From a virus: 64,000 bases of DNA. The notes below the pieces were generated by a model. It was not told the DNA's origin, ran no database searches, and was given only the letters and a program-made list of their open reading frames with translations. A program made the translations under genes and the position numbers. Numbering within the stretch: the stretch's first letter is position 1; each line of letters begins with the position of its first letter. The DNA is taken from positions 45,771-109,770 of IMG/VR virus record IMGVR_UViG_3300033141_003979; one strand, written 5' to 3'. Positions 39,971-50,200 of the stretch are shown piece after piece.

Positions 39971-40350
39971 AAAAGATTTGGCATCCTTGGTATTTATGGG
40001 AATGTTATAAGGCAGGCTTTTATTCTTCATTTTTAGATATAAAAATAGACATTGAAGATGCTCAAGAACAATACAAAGTGTTTTTATCAGATTTAAAATT
40101 GTTCGAAAGAGTATTAAAGTGCGTAATTATAGAATGGAAATATTCATGCGAACACTTTTTGACCGATAAAGGCAGGAATAGAATTGCGTGGTTGGGGCAA
40201 GCATGTATGGCGTATTATGCCGGAATACCATCCGAGGCCCGTGCTGGATTTAAGTTATTAACAGAACAGCAACAAATTAATGCCAATGCAATGGCGTTGA
40301 AATATTTAAAAATTTGGGAAAATAAAAATTCGGATAAAGTCCTTGAATGA
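39967..40350 (+). CDS. Hypothetical protein coupled to the IbrAB-like genes
   Basis: HPWYLWECYKAGFY...EWKYSCEHFLT..NRIAWLGQA; ATGA overlaps on both sides. Confidence 0.75.
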   Translation: MKKIWHPWYLWECYKAGFYSSFLDIKIDIEDAQEQYKVFLSDLKLFERVLKCVIIEWKYSCEHFLTDKGRNRIAWLGQACMAYYAGIPSEARAGFKLLTEQQQINANAMALKYLKIWENKNSDKVLE

Positions 40351-41915
40351 AAACTAAGATAAAAAAATATATTCAAATGTGGAATAATCGCGGATACACA
40401 GAAGATATTCCTGATGAAGTTCCTGAAAAATTAATGCAATTAAAATTAGCTCCGTCATATAAAGCCATAAGCATAGCAATTTTAAAAAATGACCACTCTA
40501 TGAAAAATCTCGGATTTACTCCTAAAAAATCCAAGTGGTATAATGAATTTAAACGCATAGAAATAGAAAATAGAAACAAGGAAACTTCTATGGAACAATA
40601 CAATAATCCGAGGCTACTACGAAAATACAATAAAAATAAAAACGTACATGATGCTACCAACGAACGATTTAAATTTATTTTTGATAATTTCCCAAGAATC
40701 TATTTGTCATTTTCAGGGGGAAAGGATAGTGGCATTATGCTTAATTTGGCACTAGAGTATATGAGAAAAAATAAAATAACTAAAAAAATAGGGTTGATGA
40801 TTTTAGACAATGAAGCAAATTATGAGTATTCTCTTGAGTTCATGCACAAGATAATTAGAAAAAATCTTAATTTGCTTGATGTTTATTGGTGCTGTTTACC
40901 AATTACATTACCTTGCACGGTAAGCTCATATGCTGTTGAATGGCAATGTTGGGGTGAAAGGGACAAAAAAAGATGGATAAGACCAATGCCACCTGATAGC
41001 TACATTACAAATTTTAAAAACCACAAGTTTGATTTTTTTTGGGAGGATATGAATTATGACGAATTTTGGGATAAATTTGGAGATTGGTATGGCCAAGGGC
41101 AAAGAACTGCATGTTTAATAGGTATTAGAACTGTTGAAAGCTTGAATAGATATAGAGCCATAATGAACCCAAAAAAGAAAACTCTTAGGGGGCAAATGTG
41201 GACAAAAAAGAATACTAAATATGTATATAATTGTTACCCAATATATGATTGGAGAACAGAAGATATTTGGACAGCTAATGCTAAATTTGGATGGGAGCAT
41301 AACAAATTATATGATATTTTTTATAAAGCAGGAGTACCAGTTCATAGCATGAGAGTAGCATCTCCATTTATGTCTGAATCTAAATCAAGTCTTGGGCTAT
41401 ATAGGGTAATTGATCCTCATGTTTGGGCGAAGCTTTGTGCAAGGGTTCAGGGGGCTAATTTTATTGCAACGTATGGAAAACAATTAAATTATAGATCATT
41501 TAAACTACCAAAAGGACATACATGGAAATCCTTCACAAAATTTTTATTAGATACTTTGCCAAAAGAAGTAGCTGAAAATTTTAAAATGCGCTTCATTCAA
41601 TCGTTTAAATATTGGGGAAGAGTGGGGCGCGGATTACCCAATAAAACTATAGAAGAACTAAAACAATATGATATTTCATTTAAATTAAATGGCCTTACTC
41701 ATCATGGCAGAAAAGACTTATCTAGAGTAAGAATTCAGTCACTCCCTGATCATCTTGATATGTTAAGTTGTAATAATAGTCAAGTTACTTCATGGAAGCG
41801 ATTTGCATTAACTATTTTGAAAAATGATCATACCTGTAAATATATGGGACTTGCTCCTACAAAAGAACAAGCACTTAGACAAAGACAAATAATGGAAAAG
41901 TATAAAAATATTTAG
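40347..41915 (+). CDS. IbrA/YbdN-like PAPS-reductase (PP-loop) + DUF3440-type protein
   Basis: SFSGGKDS, GIRTVESLNR, YPIYDW.TEDIW, MRVASPF, RVQGANF, ILKNDH. Confidence 0.9.
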   Translation: MKTKIKKYIQMWNNRGYTEDIPDEVPEKLMQLKLAPSYKAISIAILKNDHSMKNLGFTPKKSKWYNEFKRIEIENRNKETSMEQYNNPRLLRKYNKNKNVHDATNERFKFIFDNFPRIYLSFSGGKDSGIMLNLALEYMRKNKITKKIGLMILDNEANYEYSLEFMHKIIRKNLNLLDVYWCCLPITLPCTVSSYAVEWQCWGERDKKRWIRPMPPDSYITNFKNHKFDFFWEDMNYDEFWDKFGDWYGQGQRTACLIGIRTVESLNRYRAIMNPKKKTLRGQMWTKKNTKYVYNCYPIYDWRTEDIWTANAKFGWEHNKLYDIFYKAGVPVHSMRVASPFMSESKSSLGLYRVIDPHVWAKLCARVQGANFIATYGKQLNYRSFKLPKGHTWKSFTKFLLDTLPKEVAENFKMRFIQSFKYWGRVGRGLPNKTIEELKQYDISFKLNGLTHHGRKDLSRVRIQSLPDHLDMLSCNNSQVTSWKRFALTILKNDHTCKYMGLAPTKEQALRQRQIMEKYKNI

Positions 41916-41931
41916 AAAGGTGAGTTAAAAT

Positions 41932-42267
41932 ATGGCGGGGGCAAAAGAAAAAACTTATATAGATTGCAATGGTAAAAAAATTATTGCGATAGGACAAATT
42001 TATAAAATAATTTACCCAAATGGCAAAATATATATTGGGCAAGACAGAACAGATGATATAAATTATTTTGGAAGTGCAAATAGCCATATAATAGCAGCAA
42101 GCTTTACAAAAAAACAAAGGAGGTTATTTACTGTTACTAAAGAAATACTGTTTGAAAAAGCGCATTTAACAATTCAAGAACTAAACAGAATAGAGCGCAA
42201 ATACATTGCATTATATAATTCTGATGATCCTGTAATTGGGTACAATAGAACAAAAAGGAAGGAATAA
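41932..42267 (+). CDS. Minimal GIY-YIG domain protein
   Basis: GQIYKI..PNGKIYIGQ..YFGS...E..YI...GYN. Confidence 0.75.
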   Translation: MAGAKEKTYIDCNGKKIIAIGQIYKIIYPNGKIYIGQDRTDDINYFGSANSHIIAASFTKKQRRLFTVTKEILFEKAHLTIQELNRIERKYIALYNSDDPVIGYNRTKRKE

Positions 42268-42423
42268 AATGAGGTATTTTGGAGAATATGGTCTGTACCC
42301 TTTAAAACCACTAGATTATATTATAAATGATATAAAGAATACCAACGAAAATGATTTAATTATTAAAGAAATATTAATATTTCTTTGTAAAAAAATAGCT
42401 GTTCTTGAAAAAGAGATAAAACA

Positions 42424-42804
42424 ATGAAAGTTATACAGATTGATGAATTAAAAGATACCAAAAGAGAAGTGAAGTTTCCATGCGGAATGATTAGCAATCG
42501 AATATTGCTAAAAAAAGACGCTATGGGGTATACTTTAACAAGAACAGATATTCCAAAAGGGAACTGGCGTCATTGGCATTATAAAAATCATTTGGAAACT
42601 TGCTATTGTATATCGGGCAAGGCATTATTACACGATATCAAAACTGGTATAATATATAATATTAATCCTGGATATATATATGTTTTAAATCAAAATGATA
42701 ATCATAAATTTAAGGCATTAGAAAATACTGTTTTAATTTGTATATTTACTCCTCCATTAACTGGAGAAGAAATACATAATAGTAATGGTTCATACAGTAT
42801 CTAA
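42424..42804 (+). CDS. ectC: Ectoine synthase-like cupin (solitary EctC)
   Basis: SNRILL..D.MG, HYKNHLETCYCISG, PG.IY.L...D.H, CIFTPPLTGEEIH..NGSY. Confidence 0.8.
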   Translation: MKVIQIDELKDTKREVKFPCGMISNRILLKKDAMGYTLTRTDIPKGNWRHWHYKNHLETCYCISGKALLHDIKTGIIYNINPGYIYVLNQNDNHKFKALENTVLICIFTPPLTGEEIHNSNGSYSI

Positions 42805-42830
42805 AATTTAGACACTAGCAGTAAAAAGAA

Positions 42831-43370
42831 ATGATAGCCAAAAACCTAAAGAATAGCTGGATTCAGACCTATACAGGCAAACAATTTTTTCCATTAGCTC
42901 CAAAGATTGACCAGATCTGCATTGAGGACATTGCACAATCTCTTGGAAAGATATGCAGATTCAATGGGCATACTTTAAAATTCTATTCGGTAGCAGAACA
43001 CAGTATCTATGTCAGTCATTATGCTTCTGAGAAGAACTCCTTATGGGGCTTATTGCATGATGCTGCAGAGGCATATCTAGGGGATATAGTTAGGCCATTA
43101 AAGCCATTTCTGAATGGATACAAAGAAATAGAAAAGAATCTAAGTAAATGCATAGCCAAAAAATTCAATCTTGAATGGCCGATGCCAGAGGAAATCAAAC
43201 AAATTGATATAGCAATACTACATGACGAATCGATTCAAGTTATGGGTAAAAAGCCACAAGCATGGTCTCAGCTTAGCCTGTCTCCGCTTGGGGTTAGAAT
43301 AATAGGTTTTGATTATAGTGATGCAACCCGAATATTTCTAGAAAGATATCAAGAATTGGTTAAATGCTAA
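42831..43370 (+). CDS. HD-domain phosphohydrolase (YfbR/YfdR-like)
   Basis: IEDIA..L..ICRFNGH..FYSVAEHS, LLHDAAEAYLGDI..PLK. Confidence 0.9.
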   Translation: MIAKNLKNSWIQTYTGKQFFPLAPKIDQICIEDIAQSLGKICRFNGHTLKFYSVAEHSIYVSHYASEKNSLWGLLHDAAEAYLGDIVRPLKPFLNGYKEIEKNLSKCIAKKFNLEWPMPEEIKQIDIAILHDESIQVMGKKPQAWSQLSLSPLGVRIIGFDYSDATRIFLERYQELVKC

Positions 43371-43381
43371 TAAAAATAATC

Positions 43382-43411
43382 TTTTGAAACTTTGATATTT
43401 TCTTATAATAA
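43382..43411 (+). promoter_or_regulatory. Repeated phage promoter-like motif, copy 2
   Basis: Identical 30-mer. Confidence 0.75.
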
Positions 43412-43451
43412 AACATATGAAACATAACCCAAAAGTAAAAGGAGAAAGAAG

Positions 43452-44081
43452 ATGGCAGAAGAAAACGGAATAGCAAAAGCAGAATTGGTAGTAGCAGCCG
43501 AAGAATTGAATGAAAAGATTCTAACTAAAGAAACGGCAATCAAAATTACCGGAAGAAAGGCAACATCAGACCAGCTTGAGAAAGATATCAAAGATGCGGC
43601 TGCACTGATCAACCCTGAAGACCAATTTTCCGAAGAAACCTGGAAAGTCCTGAGAGAAATGGCGATAGAGGGGCTTCCGCAGATTCCTGTTAATGATAGC
43701 CCTCAGACAAGTGAAGTTGTTGAAGAATCGATGGTAGAGACAGAAAAAACAGAATTGGCTACAGGCAAGACTGATAATACTCCCGAGAAGCAAGCAGATA
43801 GCTTACAGGACAAGCCGGAAGCTACAGGTGAAGGGCAAACTAAGGGGAAAGCAGGAAAAGCCGTTAAAAAGGCTGAGGCGAAGCCGAAGGGAAAGAAAAA
43901 AAGAAACAAGGGAATTGGTGAATTTGTACGTTCCGGCCTGATTGACGGATCTTTTAAGGGGATGAAAAACGCAGAAATTGCAAAATTGGCCGTAGAAAAA
44001 TTTCACGGAAACACAAAACCTTCTTGTATTGGTTGGTATAAGAACAAATTGCAAAAAAGCAATATTGAAATAAATATTTAA
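43452..44081 (+). CDS. Hypothetical protein with acidic linker and basic HTH-like C-terminus
   Basis: SD AAGGAG; follows the repeated promoter motif. Confidence 0.7.
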   Translation: MAEENGIAKAELVVAAEELNEKILTKETAIKITGRKATSDQLEKDIKDAAALINPEDQFSEETWKVLREMAIEGLPQIPVNDSPQTSEVVEESMVETEKTELATGKTDNTPEKQADSLQDKPEATGEGQTKGKAGKAVKKAEAKPKGKKKRNKGIGEFVRSGLIDGSFKGMKNAEIAKLAVEKFHGNTKPSCIGWYKNKLQKSNIEINI

Positions 44082-44093
44082 AAAAAACAAAAC

Positions 44094-45173
44094 ATGCAGT
44101 ATTTTGATTTTTCATATAAATGGCAACTAAAGACTGGATATCCAAAAAAGAAAAATGGCTATTTTGTTTTTAGTTGTTTTGCCTGTGGTGGCGGTTCAAC
44201 AATGGGATATAAATTAGCCGGATATGATGTTTTAGGGTTTAATGAAATAGACCCTAAAATGGCAGAATGTTATATTGAAAATCATAATCCCAAATATCAA
44301 TTTATAGAACCTATACAAGAATTTAAAAATAGAAATGATTTGCCAAAAGAATTATTTAATCTTGATATTCTTGATGGTTCACCCCCATGTTCAAATTTTT
44401 CAATGGCAGGCAATAGAGAAAAAGACTGGGGCAAAAAGAAAAAATTTAGAGAAGGGCAACAAGAACAAGTTCTTGATATCTTATTTTTTGATTTTATTGA
44501 CCTTACTAAAAAATTACAGCCTAAAATTGTAATTTCAGAAAATGTTCCAGGAATTTTAATGGGAACGGCATTTCAATATGTTCAAAAAATATATAAGGAT
44601 TTTAAAAATGCGGGATATTATACAATTCATAGACTTTTAGATGCATCAAAAATGGGAGTCCCTCAAAAAAGAAAACGGGTATTTTTCTTTTCAATTAGGA
44701 AAGATTTAATAAAACATATTGATACATATGATTTTTTTGATGAAAATCCTAAAATTGATTTAATGTTTAATGAGAAGGGAATTTTATTTAAAGAAATAAA
44801 AACAAATTCAAAAAGAAAAACTATTCAAAAAACAATTCAAGATGCTTATCATTATTGCACAATTAATAAAAATTCTGATTTTGCGCAATATTTTGAAAAA
44901 ATAAGTGGCAAAAGAAAATATTTTAACACACGATTGATTTTTAATAATGAAATTTGCAGCACAATAAAAAGTGACTGCACTCATATTATTGAAGGGGAGA
45001 AAGCATATATAAATAATGAGGAAATAAAAAAGGCAAGCACATTTCCTAATGATTATAATTTTAAAAAAAACAAAGTTGATTATTTATGTGGAATGTCAGT
45101 TCCACCAGTAATGATGGCGCAAATATCAAAACAAATTGAAATTCAATGGCTTGATAAAATTTATCAAAAATAA
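44094..45173 (+). CDS. dcm: DNA (cytosine-5)-methyltransferase
   Basis: FACGGG motif I, GSPPC motif IV, ENV, QKRKR. Confidence 0.93.
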   Translation: MQYFDFSYKWQLKTGYPKKKNGYFVFSCFACGGGSTMGYKLAGYDVLGFNEIDPKMAECYIENHNPKYQFIEPIQEFKNRNDLPKELFNLDILDGSPPCSNFSMAGNREKDWGKKKKFREGQQEQVLDILFFDFIDLTKKLQPKIVISENVPGILMGTAFQYVQKIYKDFKNAGYYTIHRLLDASKMGVPQKRKRVFFFSIRKDLIKHIDTYDFFDENPKIDLMFNEKGILFKEIKTNSKRKTIQKTIQDAYHYCTINKNSDFAQYFEKISGKRKYFNTRLIFNNEICSTIKSDCTHIIEGEKAYINNEEIKKASTFPNDYNFKKNKVDYLCGMSVPPVMMAQISKQIEIQWLDKIYQK

Positions 45174-45175
45174 AA

Positions 45176-45589
45176 ATGAAAACAGAACCAATAAAAATAT
45201 TATTTAATAGGTATATTTATGCTGAAGTAGATAAAATTAGTCATGTTTTCGGGACAATCTTTATGGCTAATTGGGATTTTTACTACATCATGAGTGTTGA
45301 TGCTATTAAACAGCACATGACTTCTGCCATTAAATTGGTTGAGGAAATACAGCCAAAACCACCAGCAGCTATAAACAAAACTATCAAAGCTATGAGAAGA
45401 ATGATTGATAAAGTAGAAGAAAAAGAGCACTTTCTTCAGTTTATTAGTGATCTTGTTTTAGCAAAAGAAGGCCTTGGATTATTGCCAGGATTTGGTTGTG
45501 CCTTTACTGAAACCAATGAAGGCAAGGTAAAAGTTAAAGCAAAGATATGGCTTAATCCTGAAAAGCAATCTATTCGGGCAATTAAATAA
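45176..45589 (+). CDS. Hypothetical protein
   Basis: 137-aa ORF in operon. Confidence 0.65.
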   Translation: MKTEPIKILFNRYIYAEVDKISHVFGTIFMANWDFYYIMSVDAIKQHMTSAIKLVEEIQPKPPAAINKTIKAMRRMIDKVEEKEHFLQFISDLVLAKEGLGLLPGFGCAFTETNEGKVKVKAKIWLNPEKQSIRAIK

Positions 45590-45627
45590 TACTAGGAAAT
45601 AATAAACCAAAATAAGGAGGAAAGTCA

Positions 45628-46689
45628 ATGGCAAGACGAACAAGGCAAACAGTAGAGGCAGAACCACAAACACAAGCAAATGAAGTTAATCGACAAGATC
45701 TCATTGATGCCCTGACTAAAGTCAACCCCGGTTTGGCAAAAAAAGAATTGATTGAGCAGTCAACCCATTTCATTTTTGACGACGACAAGATTTGGACTTA
45801 CAATGATCAGATCACTATTATGCATAAATTCAACACCGGATTAACAGGGGCTGTCAAGGCAGAGAAATTCTTCAAGCTTCTTGATAAAATCCCCGATGAA
45901 ACAATCCAGATCTCAGGTACCGAAAAGGGGAAAATAAAACTCTCCGGCAAAAAGATCAAGGCCACTATCAATATTGATCCAGATATCAAACTTCAGCCCA
46001 TCCAGGTTCCCGGCATCAATTCTAAGCAGTGGGAGGAGTTGCCTAAAAACTTCTCAGATGCCATCGCTTTTGCCGCCTTTTCGGCAAGTCGAAACATGGC
46101 CCGACCAGAACTTACTTGCATTTGGATTACGGACGGGCAGGCCGTATCATGCGATTCCTACCGGGGCACCAAATATCAGTTGGATTCCAAGATGGAGCAG
46201 GACTTTCTTCTCCCCGCAACAGCCGCAGTAGAGCTGGCAAAGTATACCCCCTACAAAATCATTATTGACGGGGGATGGCTGCATTTCATCAATAATGAGA
46301 AAACCTCATTTTCCTGCCGGACATATTATGATGAAGAATATCCCGCAATGATCTGGAAGTTCTTTGAAATAGAAGGGCAAAAGATAGTGCTCCCAGACGA
46401 CTTTCTTGATGCAATCGGAAGGGCAGAGATCATGCTGACTGCGGACTTTGATCTTGATCGATTTGTATTACTAACTATGGAGGCCAATACATTAACCTGT
46501 AAAGGGGAGGGGATATATGGAGAGTTTGAAGAAACTACAGATATTGATTACAGCGGGGAAAAGATTGAAATCAAGGTCCATCCTGTTCTGCTCTCGCAAA
46601 TCCTAAAGCACATCCAGGTTATGGTTGTTGGAGAAAGGCTCCTATTTCATGGGGATAAATTTCAGCATGGAGTTTGTTTGAGCTGCTAA
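45628..46689 (+). CDS. DNA polymerase III beta (sliding clamp)-like protein
   Basis: About 350 aa; ASRNMARPELTCIWI...SCDSYRG, EEYP; context with DnaE/DnaX. Confidence 0.75.
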   Translation: MARRTRQTVEAEPQTQANEVNRQDLIDALTKVNPGLAKKELIEQSTHFIFDDDKIWTYNDQITIMHKFNTGLTGAVKAEKFFKLLDKIPDETIQISGTEKGKIKLSGKKIKATINIDPDIKLQPIQVPGINSKQWEELPKNFSDAIAFAAFSASRNMARPELTCIWITDGQAVSCDSYRGTKYQLDSKMEQDFLLPATAAVELAKYTPYKIIIDGGWLHFINNEKTSFSCRTYYDEEYPAMIWKFFEIEGQKIVLPDDFLDAIGRAEIMLTADFDLDRFVLLTMEANTLTCKGEGIYGEFEETTDIDYSGEKIEIKVHPVLLSQILKHIQVMVVGERLLFHGDKFQHGVCLSC

Positions 46690-46701
46690 AAGAGGTGCAA
46701 A

Positions 46702-47250
46702 ATGAAAAAGATACCAACTATATTTAAACGTAATCCCAAAAATATGCGAGAACTCTTAGATGAAGTTCATCCAGATTGTTTATGGGTATTCGCTGGCGAG
46801 GGGATAGCGACCAGAAAGTATGACGGCACATGCGTAAAAATAGAAGACGGAAAATATTTTAAACGGAGAGAAGTTAAGAGAGGTAAAAACGCACCCACTG
46901 ACTTTATTGAAGAACAACTTGACGAAAATACAGGCAAACGAGTTGGATGGGTGCTTGTTGACCCAAACTCTAAAGAGGATCAATGGCACATGGAAGCTTT
47001 CAACACATCCTTCATTGACGGTACATATGAACTTGTCGGGCCTAAAATCCAAGGGAATCCTGAAGGGCATGGGCGCCATGCTCTTATAAAGCATAGCGAG
47101 GCGGGTATTTTTGGCAATGCACCACGAACACTGGATGGTATCGCAGAGTTTTTAAAGGACAAAAATATAGAAGGGCTTGTATTTCATCACCCCGATGGTC
47201 GGATGGGTAAAATCAAAAAGAAGGATTTTCAACAAAAGAGGATTCCATGA
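46702..47250 (+). CDS. RNA ligase-like nucleotidyltransferase (DUF5565-type)
   Basis: ATRKYDGTC (KxDG), YELVGPKIQGNP, IEGLVFH..G.M.KIK. Confidence 0.75.
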   Translation: MKKIPTIFKRNPKNMRELLDEVHPDCLWVFAGEGIATRKYDGTCVKIEDGKYFKRREVKRGKNAPTDFIEEQLDENTGKRVGWVLVDPNSKEDQWHMEAFNTSFIDGTYELVGPKIQGNPEGHGRHALIKHSEAGIFGNAPRTLDGIAEFLKDKNIEGLVFHHPDGRMGKIKKKDFQQKRIP

Positions 47251-50200
47251 CAGGTTTCTGCCACATCCATACCCATAATGAGTTCAGTTATCTTGATGGG
47301 TTCGGCTCTGCAAAACACTACATTGCCAAAGCAAAAGAACTAGGCATGCTGGCAATTGCCATAACAGATCATGGCGTGGTCGATGGTTGTATCGAGTGGC
47401 AAAAGGAATGTGACAAACAGGAAATGGGGTGTATTTTAGGGGTAGAAGCTTATATCGTTCCAGACGCCAATATCAAAAAGAAGGAAGATAAGCCTGCCCA
47501 TATTACAATTCTTGTTCGTAATACTGCTGGCTGGATTGAGTTATGCAAACTTCTAACAAGGGCAAACCTAACAGGGTTTTATCGCAAACCCCGCCTAGAT
47601 TTCAATACTTTACTCAATGCAGATTTATCCGGCCTTATCATTCTCACTGGATGCTCAAATTCATTCTTGAATTTGCCTGGCGGAATTGAAACTCTAAAAG
47701 AAATGCAGGATAGAATGAAGGGAAGAATCTATCTTGAAATTATGCCGCATGATTTTCCTGTCCAATATGAACATAATAATCTAATCCAGAAACTACATGA
47801 AAAACATGATATCCCATTAGTAGCAACAAATGACTGCCACTACATTGAAGAGGAAGACTGGGAGGCCCAGGAAATCTTGCTAGCCATTCAGACCAAAGCC
47901 AAGTGGGATGATCCGAAGCGGTGGCGCTTCGGGATTAAAGGATTACATCTTAGGACAGAAAGAGAGATGCTATTTGCATTCAGGAAACACTCTTTTTCTT
48001 CTAAGCAGATTGAACAGGCAATAGGCAATACAGTTAAGATCGCAAAACTATGCTGTGAGTTCAGAATTCCAAAACAGGAGATCAGTTTGCCTTCCCCTTA
48101 TGACAAAATCAATGATAATAAATTTCTGGATAAACTATGTTGGCAACAGATCGATAAAGAAAAGTTAGATGATGATTATCAAAATCGATATCTCCATGAG
48201 TACCGTCTCATCAAGAAGAAAAAGTTTGCAAGATATTTTCTCATCGTCTATGACATCATCCAGCATTGCCATAGAGAAGGTATTGCGGTTGGCCCCGGAA
48301 GAGGAAGTATCGGAGGGTCACTGATCGCCTATTTGTTGGGCATTACACAAGTTGATCCCATCAAATTCCATCTATCTTTTGCTAGATTCATTAGTGAAAA
48401 TCGTATCGACTGGCCGGACATAGACCTCGATTTCGAGACACGTCATAGAGAAAAGGTCCGCGAGTATCTATGTGATAAATACGGGAACAATAATATCTGC
48501 GGCATCTCTACAGAAATGAAGATGAAAAGCAAGGCTGCCCTGAGAGATGTAGGGAGAGTATTTGACATTCCTGCGGCAGATGTAGATGAAGTCACCAAAG
48601 CCATCAGGCAAAAGGAACACGAGCACGGAAGTGGCATTCAATCCGTAATTGATAAAACCAAAGAAGGAGAGAGATTCGCAAGGAAATATCCAAAAATAGT
48701 CAAGTTTGCCAAAAAGATGGAAGGCCATGTCCGGGGCAGTGGACAACATGCGGCGGCAGTCATCATATCAGACGAAGACTTGTCTGAGGGGAAGAAATGT
48801 GTCCTTGTCAGGCGTAAAGATAGAATTGTTTGCAATTGGAATATGAAAGACTGTGAATATGTTGGGTTGATGAAACTAGATGTTTTAGGATTGTCCACAT
48901 TATCTGTATTGGCAGAAAGTGAAAGATTGATTCAAGATATTCCTCTTGAAAGATTTAATCTTAACGACACCCCATTAGATGACAAAAAAGTATTTGACCT
49001 CATCAACAAAGGGGGGACTGCCGGAATGTTCCAAATTTCTGCAACTCCAACTACAATACTTTGCAAGGAAATGGGAGTTAACAATTTTGAAGATATTGTT
49101 GCCGCAATTGCCCTAGTCCGGCCCGGACCAGCAGATTCGGGGATGACAGAAAAATATCTCAAAAGAAAACACGGAGAGGCTTGGGAAAAGAAACATCAAA
49201 TATATGAAGAGATTACTAAACATACTTATGGCATCCCGGTTTATCAAGAACAAATCATGCAGATAATCAGTCGTGTAGCAGGATTATCTGAAAGTACCGC
49301 AGATGAAATTCGCAAAGTAATTGGAAAGAAAAGAGATCCAAAAGAATTTGAACTATATCGAAAACAGTTTAAGAAGGGTTGTAAAAAAGCAAAAACCCTA
49401 TCAGAAAAGGAAGCAGATGATTTTTGGAAAGGATTGTTAAAGTGGGCTAGTTATGGATTTAATCGTGCCCATTCTGTTTCCTATGCCTTGATTGGCTACT
49501 GGACAGGATGGTTAAAGGCAAATTACCCAGCAGAGTTTATTTGTGCTTCACTTTCCTATGGGGATTTCGACGACAAGTCATCGGATCTTGCCAAACAAAA
49601 GAAACCGCTCCTTGAGGAAATAATAAAACTTGGCATCACAATTATGCCTCCGAAAAAAGATTTATCAGATCCTACAAGATGGACGGTTAAGAATAATAGA
49701 TTATACGTTCCATTTATAGAGATAATTGGAGTAGGGGAAACTCAAGCACAAAAATGTGCACAGAGCAAAAATACACAAACACGGCTAAAAAGCTTTTTTG
49801 GAAAAGAGTATCTTCCTGAAAAGAAAAACAAGATTGACACAATCCTTGACGAACTTAAAGTGTTCGACCCAGAAGTAATTCCATCATCGAAAGTCTTGTC
49901 AAGATATCTCCCTTTCAGCATTGAAAAAGAAGAGTCGTATTGTGGGTTAAAAGAAGTTCTTGGTTTTAGTTTCCCTAGAAAAGAAATCCCTAAATGGAAA
50001 ACCCTTTATATTCCAAAATATCGTCTTCCTCCTGGATTAATCAGGCAAGCCCGCTTTCGCAATAGCAATTTAACAAAGTGTAGAAACTGTGAACTCGTAA
50101 ATGAATGTAGAGCCCCTGTCATGCCTTCCTGTGGAATGTTTAATGTAATGATAATTGGCGAAGCTGCTGGCCCACAGGAGGACGAATATGGTAGGGGATT

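Noticed and set aside
39224-41915. Canonical Dnd/Ssp phosphorothioation system or plasmid partition locus
   Set aside because: No DndA/D/E, Ssp or ParA genes seen; motifs fit IbrA/IbrB instead
42424-42804. Complete ectoine biosynthesis pathway
   Set aside because: No ectA- or ectB-like gene in the window
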